In this document: in pieces, positions 37,111 through 48,847 of the stretch
Position numbering within the stretch: position 1 is the stretch's first letter
Layout: every line of letters begins with the position of its first letter
Source: Girardia tigrina
Taxonomy: Eukaryota
Length of the DNA stretch: 48,847 nucleotides
Reading direction: 5' to 3'
NCBI GenBank assembly: GCA_001938485.1
Contig: MQRK01170520.1
Coordinates: forward strand, 53,602 to 102,448
The notes under the pieces: generated by a model
The model's input: only the letters and a program-made list of their open reading frames with translations
Databases searched by the model: none
Told to the model about the DNA's origin: nothing
Translations under genes and position numbers: made by a program

Positions 37111-37880
37111 AAGTTATAACTAGAGTCACTTGTTTTCGCGTTCACGAAAAAACACTACCAAATTGCGAAAAAATAAGAAAAAGTATTATGAACATGAAAA
37201 ATTGCTAAAAAATGACTGAATTATAAAAAATGAAAAGAAATCGTTACTTAATTATAATTAAGAAACAATTTCTTTTTATTATTTTACAATTCAGTCATTT
37301 TTAGCAATTTTTTCATAATTATCAAACAGTAGTTTTTATTTGATGAATATTATTAAGTTAAATAAAAAGGGATGCAGAATTAATTTCAAAAAATTAATTA
37401 ATTTCAACAAAGGGTTAGGGTTATGGTTATAGTTATGATTAGGGTTAGGGTTTAAGGTTAGAGTTAGGAGTTAGGTTAGGGTTATGATTAGGGTTGGGGT
37501 TTAATATTAGAGTGAGAAGTTAGGTTTGGTTAGGGTTTGGGGAATTTCAAGTTCATTTGTTGAAATTGGAAATGAGAGGTTATATGAGGATGGAAGTGTC
37601 CTATTCTGTCGGGTCTGCAATAAGTCGGTAGACCACACTCGCCGTGACTTAATAAAAATTAATACATTATGAAACGTTGTTAATTTCTTTTTACATGACT
37701 TTAATTTTAACTGTGCCAAATTATTTTAAATTGAAATTTCAATGAACCTTTTTCAGTGTTAATAATCGTATTTGTTAAGTTATAATAATTGATATCTCTA
37801 AATATATCTTCAAAGAGTGACATAATCGCGAAATGTGACATTCGTGGGTCGGGAAAAAAAAGTGGCGCTAGTTATAACCC
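37111..37880 (+). mobile_element. Non-autonomous hAT-like element with CGGBP1-type zinc-finger fragment and telomere-like repeats
   Basis: Inverted ends GTTATAACTAGAGTCAC / GTGGCGCTAGTTATAAC. 37556-37657 reads FVEIGNERLYEDGSVLFCRVCNKSVDHTRRDLIK, resembling CGGBP1 EFGGELHEDGGKLFCTSCNVVLNHVRKSAI. No TSD found. Confidence 0.65.
37411..37542 (+). repeat. Degenerate interstitial (TTAGGG)n array
   Basis: About 20 imperfect GGGTTA/TTAGGG units. Confidence 0.85.
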
Positions 37881-38399
37881 ATCAACATCAATTATTCACC
37901 ATTAAAGGAAATATTACTTAATCATATGACATAAAAATTAATCACTTTAACTATTTTTAATTTCCTGGACTATTTCTAGGTTAAATAAACAACTTAAAAT
38001 CAAACCATTATTTGTAATTTTAATAAACAAATATTTACTATTATTTAAACTTTCATTTTATACTAACTAGATATTGAGATTCTGAAAATTGATTCTATTA
38101 TAAAGTAGTATAAAAACCAATTTTTCATTCAAACTATGAGTTAGATAATTTCGTTTCGCTGATCGAGATTCAAAAAATTCAAAATGGAAAAATGAATTTA
38201 CAAATATTAAATCTAGGAAAAAAATTGATGTTTAAATTAGTTTCAATTTTCAGAAAATTTTAGATTTAAGTAAAATTAAATATTATTTTTAGTACTTAAC
38301 AAGAACAATAAGCACTATTTAAATGATAAATCAGTCCTTTGTGTCAGATTTTACAAAAGTATAAGAAAACTGGAAAATTAAAGAATCGCTGCTAAGCTT

Positions 38400-39378
38400 A
38401 GAAGACAAAGGTGAATAAATAAAAATGAAAGTATTTTAATTTTAAGATGCTCAAAGTAAACTCATTTTACTCATGTGAATGATACAAGATGCGAATTATG
38501 ACAAAATAATCTAAGTATTAGTTTTCGTACAGCTGTTGCAAATTTTTGAAAAATATACTCCTGTTAAGAAAAATATCACTAGTATGCTTAAGCTTTTGAA
38601 GGAAATACAAGAACTATGTTTCGGATGAATGAGAAAAATAATTTTTTTCTAATGAGAATATCATAGCCGTGGTATGTAATATTTAGAATTATAATAAGAT
38701 ACTCTTAGGGCTCGTGAAACAGGTTAAGGTACATTTATACAACTGTTAGTTGTCTACCAAAGATTTTGATGTAGAGTATCATGTCAATGAATGGAAGAGG
38801 TTCACTTCAAATTATTGATAGGATGGAACTATTAAAAGCTATAAAAAAATCTTAAAAATCTGAAAGAAGAAGCTTAAAACCTATATTACGGTAGTAGAAT
38901 CCACAATATTCAGCCTTTGCCGAAGTGCTTATTTAATTACACTGTGTTTTTTTTCAGAGAGAATTAAGGTTATCAAATGGTCAATAGTAGCTTCGATTTA
39001 AATCCAATTGACAAGGTACGGGATTTTTAACAAAAAATACAATTTTAAGATAGTAAAATACAGGTAGTGTCCACTTATTTAACTAGCACTCTCCCAAGAG
39101 CCTCTGTAATATTGATAACTGAATTGATACATAAATTCGATTAGTCTTACCTCAAATGCAAAAAGCTTACAGTAAATCTTACATCATGCCATCATGGATC
39201 GAATATGTTTTAAACAATGATGGATTATAAACTAATATTAGCGCGAATAGGTGAGTTGATAACTCAACGTTTATGTGATGATTAAATATAATAATTAAAC
39301 TCGTACCCAGCCTTTATGATCATTTGTAAGAAAATTAATTTTTCCATGAGTGATGCGAAACTATTAGCCAATATTGTA
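38400..39378 (+). pseudogene. Very decayed Tc1-type transposase remnant
   Basis: SFDLNPIDKV near 38990 and MPSWIEYVLNNDGL*TNI near 39190; boundaries uncertain. Confidence 0.5.
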
Positions 39379-39586
39379 AAATAAAAGGGCTACATGGAAG
39401 AGTTTAGCCTAACTTTAAATGATAAAAGATTCAGTTCCACATATTGGGATCCTCTAAACTCGAATAGTTTCATTTGGATTAAGAAGTAATATTTTAATAG
39501 CAAACAATTTAAAATAAACATAATCAAACAATAAAAAGAATCTAAGTAAAGTTTGTAAAATATGTATTGATATAGAAAATAATCAC

Positions 39587-40543
39587 CTGTGCTCCATCTT
39601 TCATAATGTCTTCGTACGTTTTATTGGACTGTTTAGGTAATTCATTTCCCGTATCGACAAAGTCATCGTATGTAAAATCATCATCTGTTACTTGGCCTGG
39701 ACCACAATCTTGTGACACTGGATTTCGACAAAATGCAGCATCAATTTCCATACTACTGGACATATCTTTAAGGAAATCTTCATCTAATAAATCATTAATT
39801 TCTACTAATTCTAGTGTATCTGTTTCTGAAACAACATCAACTTGGTGAAGTTTTGTCTCATCATTTATAGCGGAATCTTTAATAGAATAAGTATTATTAT
39901 CAATTGATATTTCACTATGCTGAGACATCTCCTGAACGGAAATCGGGCTCACATCTTCTTTATCATTTTTCGACGCTGCGAGCCCGCTTTGATTTACGTC
40001 GAAACCATTCACTAAAAAAGAACAATTTGTTGATTGCTCTGATTTCATTTTATATTCTTTTCCTGGATCATTTGGTTTGGTTTTCCCTTTTCTGTTTATT
40101 TTGGTATTGGGTAAACCGGAGTTGTAACCCAAAACCGATTTTAATGAACAATTTGATTTGGATTTCGAATCAAAAGTTATAGACTTTTCTGAAGATGCTT
40201 TACTAGATGATGCTGATTCTTTTGCAGAAGAATATTGCTTAGGGGCTGGAATACAGGATTTTTTAGGTTCGACTGATTTAAATTTATTCGTTATAGGAAT
40301 TCCTGATCGTGTTGGAGATTTTATTCTCTTTGGCTTCAGTTGTATTTCTGATTCATTGGTATTAATTGCACTTGAACTTAAAGTTGACTTCATTTCAAAA
40401 AGATCACTATTGTTACTACTTTCCTTATCGGATTGAGTTTGGGATTTACTTTTGTTTGCATGACTGTCACTTGAATGATTACGGCGTCCATAAACATTCA
40501 ACTGTTTCAATTTCGGAACCGGCATTGCCGAGGAAATACATTG
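39587..40543 (-). CDS. APC: APC exon: completes SAMP3, Ser/Lys-rich and acidic region
   Basis: Acceptor tttcag|CAA TGT ATT joins LLQ|QCISSAMP. Length 957 nt; donor GCA CAG|gtgatt; phases 0/0. Confidence 0.93.
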
Positions 40544-41651
40544 CTGAAATTTATACACAATTATAAAATAACAAAAATATTTTTCATATTTTAAGAGATG
40601 AAAATTAAAAGAAAAATATTAGTCGAAAAATAAAAATTTATATAAAAACAATTTAAAAGTGCAATTTAAAAATAATTTCAGCAGAAAGAAATTCATTGAC
40701 TATTAATGATGAAACGGTTTTAAAAAAAAACAAATCGATCAGCTCGTCATAGACACACCGATCACATTCGCCGAACGGAGCTGCGAGATCGAACACATGG
40801 CAGGCGAATTTGTTTGCATAATGCCATAACTTTTCAGACATTTCAATACTCTCGTGGAATGAATAAATGAAACATATATCTATCTGTTAGCAGCACATAC
40901 TGCCATCCTGCCATTCTATGACTCCATTCTATTGGATGAAGCATGCTCTATCAATTCTGAAACTTGTAAACATTGCAGAAAAAAATTACATATTCCATTT
41001 TAATTAATTAAATGTCATATATAGAAAAACACGAATAATTATTGCAATTTTTAATGCAAATAAATAAGTAATCTTTAATTTATTTAAAATTATATTTCAT
41101 ATATGCAATGTTTGCATATATAGTTGATATTCATAAAAAAATTGATATGAAATAAATTTTAAATTATATCATTTTAAGGCTTTTATATTTTTTAAATAAA
41201 TTGTTGCAAAATTTTATAATAATTTTTATTACCTTCATATTTACATTCTATTCTATACATTCAGATATATTTTTATTATTATCATTTTCTAGAATTAGTT
41301 TAATTTGAATGTTAACAAATAATTTTGTGAAATTTTATTTCAAACCCCGCATTATTATTACTATTATTATATAAGATTTTTCCATCATTTTTTTATTAAA
41401 TTAATAATGTGATAATGTAAATTTAAATTATTAATCTAAATCTATAAATGATCATTATTTTCAACTTAAGGTTGTGTGAACCCGTAAAAATAGTCGTCAT
41501 CCTAACAGGTCGATAAAAGAATCGGCAAAAACATCTTTGTAAAGTGATTTATCATAATTAACTTTTCAGTAAAACCGACAAGTCAGTAACCGGACATTAA
41601 CAAATTCTATTTATATGATTTACTTTTAAATATGATAGTTAATAATATAAC

Positions 41652-41687
<36 letters not shown>

Positions 41688-41690
<3 letters not shown>

Positions 41691-41892
41691 GGTGTCCCAA
41701 AAATATGTATACACATCTTCTACATATCTTCGAAATTAAGCTTGCATGCCATTCCTATGATAGAGACTGAATCTACAAAAAACCTATTTATGTTAAAAAA
41801 ACTATTTATATTAAATATAATGAAAGTTAAACATAAATAAAATTCAATAAAATTAAATTTTTAATGTGTATACATATTTTTGGGACACCCTG
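41688..41892. mobile_element. Tc1/mariner MITE, 205 bp
   Basis: Perfect 29-bp TIR CAGGGTGTCCCAAAAATATGTATACACAT; TA on both sides; inserted in a (TA)n tract. Confidence 0.93.
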
Positions 41893-41949
41893 TACATATA
41901 TATATAATGTAATTTTTGATTATAGTGAGTAATGTAAAAAATATCAGTT

Positions 41950-42318
41950 GAATAACCATTTATTAATTCACAACATGTAGTATTCCAAACAGAGCATCAT
42001 CAAGTGGATCGTCAAAGAACATATTTTAACATTCAAAAACAATAAATGTGTAGTCTGTATCAAAACCAAGAAAATTGTCAGAATTCTAATTGAATGTAAG
42101 TAAAAATAATAACTCAAAATTTAAAAACTAATAAATTTTCAACTAAATGATTTTAGTGTAATTTTGAGTTATATTATTTTGAATTACATCCAATTATGAT
42201 TCCATAAATTTACTGCGTTTTGATACAGACCACTCATTTATTGTTTTTGAATGTTTAAATGTTAATTTTCCGTTAAGAATGAAACGTGAATTTTAGTTAA
42301 TTAATAAATGGTTATTCA
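41950..42318. repeat. Imperfect ~370-bp palindrome (old foldback/MITE)
   Basis: GAATAACCATTTATTAA..AACATTCAAAAACAATAAATG..GTCTGTATCAAAAC mirrored by GTTTTGATACAGAC..CATTTATTGTTTTTGAATGTT..TTAATAAATGGTTATTC. Confidence 0.8.
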
Positions 42319-42544
42319 TATTATTTTATTATTCATGTGAGTGGTTTAAAAAATATTTTCTTGTAAACAAAGATTTTTCGTATTATTATGAATTAAGATA
42401 TAATATTTTCTAAGTAAGTTTAATCCAATTTTACTTGATTTTCTTCACCTTTTTACTTTTTCATTTTTAATCTTTACTAGGAACTCCTTTTAAACATTTT
42501 AATATACAAACAAAAAATAGGAATAATTTCGATAAATTATACTA

Positions 42545-44393
42545 GGTTCCATGAAAAAACATCACATGAAAAAATATCACAGGAAAACACGTATCTACGA
42601 CAATACGGCGCGAACAAAAACCACGTGTGTCGAAAACGCCGATTTTAATAATTACATTAATATTATAAAAATAAATATTATTGTTTGAAAAATTTTTAAA
42701 GAAAAAGGGCCTAAATTATTCTATCAATAATCTGAAAATTTCTGGAAGTCGCAAAACATTTCAATGCATATTTATGGTAGAAAACTAAATTATAAAAAAT
42801 CTAAATGGGGCCACATCCATTTTGTAGATAGACTGTTAATATTTTGTATTTAAAAAATTTTTTTTGCAAAAGTCAAAATATTTTAAAATAATCAAAAATA
42901 ATATAAAAAATATTATTTTATTCTAAGTTTTGGGATTATTTTTATAATAATATTGAAAAATATTTTTAATGTTTATTCAATTTATTATTATTTTTATAAA
43001 TTTGAATTTTATTTAACATTAAAAATTAAAAATGAAGACAATGTTTTTCAATATTATTATAAAAATAATTCCAAAACTTAGAATAAAATAATATTTTTTA
43101 TATTATTTTTTAGTATGTAAAAATATTTTGACTTCTGTAAAATATTTTCTTAAGAACAAAATATTTTTTGCGACTTCCAGACATTTTCAGCTTATTTATA
43201 GGTTAATTTAGGCCCTTTTTCTTTGAAAACTATTTAATTAATAATATTTATTTAATAATATTAATATTAATTAAATAAAATTTTACTAAATTTAATAATT
43301 TTAATAATATTAATTTAATTATTAAATTCGGCGTTTTTGTCCGCGGTTTTTTAAACCCATGCCGTTGTTGTTCTCGTTGTTTTTAACACGCGGCGTTTTG
43401 TCGTGACACCACAACTATAATATCATATGAAAAAACACCACAATGAAAAAACACTACAGTGAAGAAACATGAAACAACATGAGTTAAAAAGGAGAGCAAC
43501 TCAAGTCTCTCCTCGAAAATTTTCTCGAAAATATAATTATTAAGAAAAATACAATTTTTACTAACAGAAATTCTGATTTAAATTTAAAAGTAAAATTAAA
43601 AGAAATTGAAAAATAAAAAAACCATAAATTTCAGAAATTTTAAAGTAAGAAAAATATAAAACTTAATAATTTTCGAAAAAATCAATATAATAAATAATTA
43701 AAAGTAAAAAACTTTAAAAAATATTATTTAAAAATAAATTTATAAAACAGAAACTTTCAAAGATGTCATACATGACGGGTATTTTGTCAGTAATATTTAT
43801 AATTTTGTAAAATATTTTCTGAAAAAATAATATGCATTGAAATTTTTGCCATGTCCTTATATTTTTTTAATAAATGACTAACCTTTTTGATAAAGAAATT
43901 TATTTAGTAAAAAATCAACTTAATTTAACACACAGGTTCAATGGACTCGAATGGTAAGAAATGTATACTTTTTCGATAGATGGAATGTTAAATACTGAAA
44001 CTTGAGCTTTCATATGACCTTCATTTTTCGTTGAATGATTTTTTAGTTACAATATAATCAGTTGCTCTATCGGCTTATCAGATATTTTTCAGATTGTGGT
44101 AAAAAAAGTGGTAAGCAAAGTTAAATTCACATTAGCATCTTAAAAACACCTTTTGTTCTATTCTGGTCTATCCGACATTATAAAAAGTATTTTTTTTCAA
44201 CAGTTTATATAAAGAATGTTTTTGGAAAGTATGGTTGCATTTGGTCATACTTCTTCAAATGATGCGCAAATAGTCAAACAGACAATCATCCTTACATAAA
44301 AGATCTAATAGCTGCTTGATTCATCAATATGGTGTTTTTTTCATGTGATATTATAGTTGTTTTGTTTTTTCATGCGATGTTTTTCTGGTCACC
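42545..44393 (-). mobile_element. Mutator-like (MULE) element with sub-repeated TIRs
   Basis: 9-bp TSD ATTATACTA / ATTGTACTA; TIR sub-repeats GAAAAAACA(T/C)CAC; minus-strand remnant ASFEEV*PNATI..KMLM near 44270-44110. Confidence 0.75.
42591..43410. mobile_element. ~820-bp foldback palindrome nested in the left TIR of the MULE
   Basis: Long inverted arms (ACGACAA..GAAAAAGGGCCTAAATTA..CTGGAAGTCGCAAAA versus TTTTGCGACTTCCAG..TAATTTAGGCCCTTTTTC..TTGTCGT), centre near 42995. Confidence 0.85.
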
Positions 44394-44559
44394 ATTGTAC
44401 TAAAATCAATTATGTAAAAATGTGGTTTATAACAATAAATTTATAATAGCAATTATAAGCAGCATATTTTGGAGTTTTAAAATAAGTAAAAAAGGAGTAT
44501 ATTATGAAATTAAATAAGAAACATTTATACAAAATTAATAATTAAACGATTTTTATTAC

Positions 44560-47206
44560 CTGTAACAATGTTCTCTCCATCCCAGCTGATTCAATACTCA
44601 GTGATGATAAAGAGCTCCTGTCGTCATTAATCGATTTCGATTCTTGATTGCTACTTACATCTTTAGACAATTGCTTTTCAAAATCATTTGCCCCAGAAGT
44701 ATCAATAATTAATGAATGTGATATAGGCGATGCTCGAGAATAATCAGCAGGAGTATTCTCAGTCATGTACACGTGCACTTCCTCCTGATTAGTATTTGAA
44801 TTGTCTTCTCTTAAATGTGTTAAAGAAGATTTTTCCGGAACTGAAGACAATGTAGATGTAGTTCGTTTAGGTGGTTTTGGAGGAGCACCAGCTGGTTTGC
44901 AATAGATATCAGTCGACACTTTAATCATCAAGTTACTTTCAGAACAAATAGAATCACGTTGAGATAAACTATTTGGTGTACCTTCAACACCATATTGCTT
45001 AGGTGAGTCAATATCACAGTAATAAAATTGAGGAAACTTAACTAAATTAACATCAGGATTATTTTCTATTTGCGTTTTATTGGCTTTATGAGGAACAACA
45101 GCCGGATAGCAAGACGTATATTGCATGTTTGACATAGTTATGAATGTAGAGCAATTTGTGTTATTTGTATTTACGACATCGGTTTGAATATAATTCACGG
45201 GAGGATGAGCCATTGAATGAGTGGTATTAGCATTTAGGCCTTTTGGCATAGCAGATTGAATTATTTCTGATAATAACTCAGACTGTTCTTCGGAATCAGA
45301 ACTTGAACTAGATTGCTCTTTTATGGAATTATCCAATGGATCTTTAATACTTGTAGGATCAGGAATACTGATGTTGCTCAGGGAACTAGCTTTAGTGGAA
45401 TAATTGAATGGGGTCCCTTCAACTGCATATGACACTGTCGTTTCGCAATTATCAATGAATTTGTCCCCACTTTTAACGATCTTATTTTTTTCAGATGGTT
45501 TTGAATATGGCATACCAGATTGAATACATTCCTGTAGAATCGCAGCATTATTAGTTCCATTTCCAGGAGAAGAATTGTTATCATCTATTGATAAAGAAGA
45601 AGAATAGCTTGGTGAAATAGAATTTCTAGATTTTGTTGAAATGGTTTTATTTATTAATTTGTTGGAACCCTTAGATTCAATTTCCGAGCCTGGAGAATCT
45701 GGTAATTCACTAGGAGAAACCACTTCACTAGTACGTCTTGAATACTCACTTTGAACTGAACTGTGAAAAGAATGTGTATCGAAGCTATCTAAAGAACCCA
45801 CAGAACTTGATCTAGAAAACATTAATGGAGTATCCTGAATAATATGAGGTGGTTCAGAGCCAAACTTCACACTTTTATTCAATTTTAAACCCGAATTATC
45901 TGTAGGCACAAATGTAGAAGAATAATTATCTCGAATTTCTGAAGTAACTCTTTCATCAATTTTTTCTAAATCAGGTTTTTTAGAAGCCGGATAACAACAA
46001 GATTCTTCAAGAAGGACTGGAACTGAATTAAAACTATTCGAAACTTCGTCTTCAATAGCTTCCTCTGACAGGGGACTCATTCGACTACCACATTGAACAG
46101 GAGTTCCTTCTGTTGCATAAACTTTAGGCTTTTCCTTAATCGTTGGAGGTGGTATGTTTATAATATTTCGGAAAACATTTGCTTGTGTAGTCGCAGGATT
46201 TTGATCGTTATGACCTGGAATAATAGGAGCGGGATACACCATATATTCGTCTGTATCCCCGAACTGCCTGGAATAATCAAGGGGTTTTTCACTATTATCA
46301 CTATCATAATCATCAGGGTATGAATGAAAATTACGCTTTTTAAGAGCATTATTATTTGTAGAGCTATTGTCTAAATTATTGCGACATTTCGACAAATTGG
46401 AACCATTTACATCAGTGGAAAAATTAGTTATCTTCATACATTGTTCTATAGTCAAATCGTAATGACCACTGCTATTAGAGTACCCTGATAAGGACATCAA
46501 GTAACCCGGTTGATTACCCTGTTTTGATAAAGATATTGAAGCATTTTTCAACTTTGTGTTAATAGATTGAAAATTAGCTTTGTCAAATGTGAGATCAGAA
46601 TGAGCACTAACCATACTTTCATCGGAACCAGACCGTTTTATTGATGACAAATGGGTATTAAATACAGTTGACTGTGAATTTTCTTGATTATTTGAGGGGA
46701 TATAATTGTTTAATGATTGCCGATACACAAGTGGACTGTCAATTGAATAAAAATCATGAGTATTTTTATTTTCAGAGGACAGAGTTACTGATTGATGATT
46801 ACGAAGAATATTTTCAATATCTGATTCAAGAGCATTTAACTTTCTAACATGTAGAGACGGGGATGGACTTGGTATTCTTGGAGATGAGTCAGGAGTGTTG
46901 GAACTGCTAGTAGAATTACTTTTCAGTGCACTTATTAAAGTGTGTTCTGCAATATTTAATGATGCTCTGGCTGACAATAAATTCTTTAAAGTAGCTGCAG
47001 ATCCTGTAGATATTGTTTTATGTTTTGAATGTGCAAGATTCTTTAACATTCCAACAGCTCCTAGATCCCATAAAAGCTGCTGATCCTCAGAACAATCCAC
47101 AGATAGATTACATAGAGTCCCGCATGCATTTCCAACAATTGTAAGACTAGAAGATCGTAATTGCTTCAATAATATTTGAAAAGCATTGTTTTGACGCAAT
47201 ATACTT
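44560..47206 (-). CDS. APC: APC exon (first in window): last armadillo repeats, 15-aa repeat, 20-aa repeats, CID/sequence B, two SAMP(-like) repeats
   Basis: ORF reads LRQNNAFQILLKQLRSSSLTIVGNACGTLCNLS...LWDLGAVGMLKNLAHSKHKTISTGSAATLKNL, matching the APC ARM C-terminus. Also EKPLDYSRQF (15R), QDTPLMFSRSSSVGSLDSFD (20R2), SVQSEYS..VVSPSELPDSP (CID), ILQECIQSGMP and LLSEIIQSAMP. Acceptor ttag|A AGT ATA at 47206 (phase 2); donor CAG|gtaata at 44560 (phase 0). Confidence 0.97.
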
Positions 47207-48360
47207 CTAAATAATAAAATCTCAACTTAAAAAATAATCAAAACAAATACACACAATTAAACAAAATTTATAAACTTTGAAAATTTAAATAAGAGCCATT
47301 AATTTTCGAAGCAAGAAACTATACCCACAGTCATTAGAATTGTATGTATTATACATATGATCAGGATTGAGTTCATTGTCATATCTCATACTTTGGAAGT
47401 CAAGACATATTAGGTTATTTATGATGGTAACATTCAATAATTTCTAGCCTTCAATAACTTATACTTCAGAAATCCTTTGACAAAAATTTAATATTTTCAA
47501 AAACATTTTATAATAAGATTGAGATTCATGGACGATCACACGACCAATGATGGTGAAGATGTTCATGAAAGATAGAAACAAATCCTACACAATTTCGATT
47601 TAACATAAGCAAAAGCATGTGCTATCTAATTTTACATATGATATAAATATGCAATGTTAATAAATTGATAACCTTTTCATATAATAAAAAGAAAGAAGTC
47701 CAAAAACATAACTGAGCAAAATTAAGTGTATTGTTTATGATAAATCTGATAATTACTCAAGTTTTACTTTCCATCTGTAAATAAACTTAAATTAACAAAT
47801 AACATTTAATGATAATGAAATATATTAAAGGTAACGTCCATCCAAAGATGACTATCATTTATGAAGCATGGTCTCGATGGAATCAAGAAATCGAACAGAT
47901 TATAAACTTTGATCGGTGGTTATTTATAAGAATATTAGACAAGTTTTATTGGAAAGATAAGCTGATAAATAGAAATTATTTAAATGTATGACCTACCCTT
48001 AGATAAATATTAAGATAAAATTACTTATTTAGCAAAAAAATATTAATTATAATATAAAAAGAAATATGATTGATATCACGAAAAAAGCAAATTGCAATAA
48101 ATATGAGAAAATTAAAATATTTTCGTTACTTTTTCTAAGTAATAATAAACAGCACTTTTTTGAGTTTACGGAGTTATGAAGCTCAAAGGGACAATTGGTA
48201 AAATATGAAAATGATGGAATCAGTTCTGGAACTAATTGGTTTCTGTTGTCGACATTGGTAGCATTGATCGTTAAGGTTTCAAAACACAATCTTTAATCTT
48301 GACTTTAAGTTTCTTTGAATGTGACAATAATTTTGTTTCATTCGGACTGTAATTATCGTA

Positions 48361-48681
48361 GGGGGCCATCCATTTATTACATACGCAAAAAAGTTAATAT
48401 TTTAACCACCCTCCTATTGCACCCTGTACATTTTGAACTACCATAAGCACATACAAATTGAGTCTCGAACCACCATTTTTATAAAATATTCCACCTTTGT
48501 TGATAGAATGATGATGTGTTCACAGAGCAGAAAAATAAAAAGATGTTTTTAAGAAAACCATTGCATGTTTACATATTTAATAATTACCCACCCCCATTAT
48601 CATACGCACCCATACACAAAATCTTTTAAATTTAAACACCCCCCTCCCCCTTCAGTGCGTACATAATATATGGATGGTCCC
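48361..48681. mobile_element. PIF/Harbinger-type MITE
   Basis: Inverted ends GGGGCCATCCATTTATTACATACGCA / TGCGTACATAATATATGGATGGTCCC. Confidence 0.8.
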
Positions 48682-48847
48682 TACCCACTAATTTGTAACG
48701 GTTTGTAATTTAAATCTGCCCTATTTATAATGGATTACACTACTCTACATCAATTTTTTTTCTCGTACGGCAATAGGCTACTTCTATGTTGTTTTTGATG
48801 CTGATTTCAAATATACTAGCCATTTTCCTCCATCACGTCCAGATTTT

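Noticed and set aside
37411-37542. True telomere or chromosome fusion scar
   Set aside because: Short, degenerate, single orientation, inside an intronic transposon.
43762-43790. Helitron-like 3' hairpin TGTCATACATGACGGG
   Set aside because: The CTAG terminus is degenerate and no 5' end was found.

Overview
Very AT-rich eukaryotic DNA. The AT content, a 55-nt mini-intron, the TE repertoire and the divergence of the gene suggest a freshwater planarian, but that is inference only. The window holds the 3' part of one APC (adenomatous polyposis coli) gene on the minus strand. It has five exons (47206-44560, 40543-39587, 32344-32231, 32175-32034, 17776-17226) with GT-AG sites and consistent phases. 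Together they encode about 1469 aa: the last armadillo repeats, 15/20-aa beta-catenin repeats, CID, three SAMP repeats and a basic tail. The introns and downstream region are full of nested, mostly decayed transposons: hAT-Buster, CGGBP1-type hAT, mariner, Tc1, rosa-like Tc/mariner, Mutator, Helitron, Gypsy relics, MITEs and Penelope. The best signals not shown by the ORF track are: (i) a head-to-head cassette in the last APC intron, made of a decayed (possibly tandem) ubiquitin-like gene and an intact orphan ORF of about 240 aa; (ii) four minimal hammerhead ribozyme motifs from three Penelope-like loci; (iii) lineage-specific remodelling of APC motifs; (iv) a dispersed Cys-rich coding-like repeat. 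Four N-gaps are present. All family calls come from motif recognition by eye; no searches were run.
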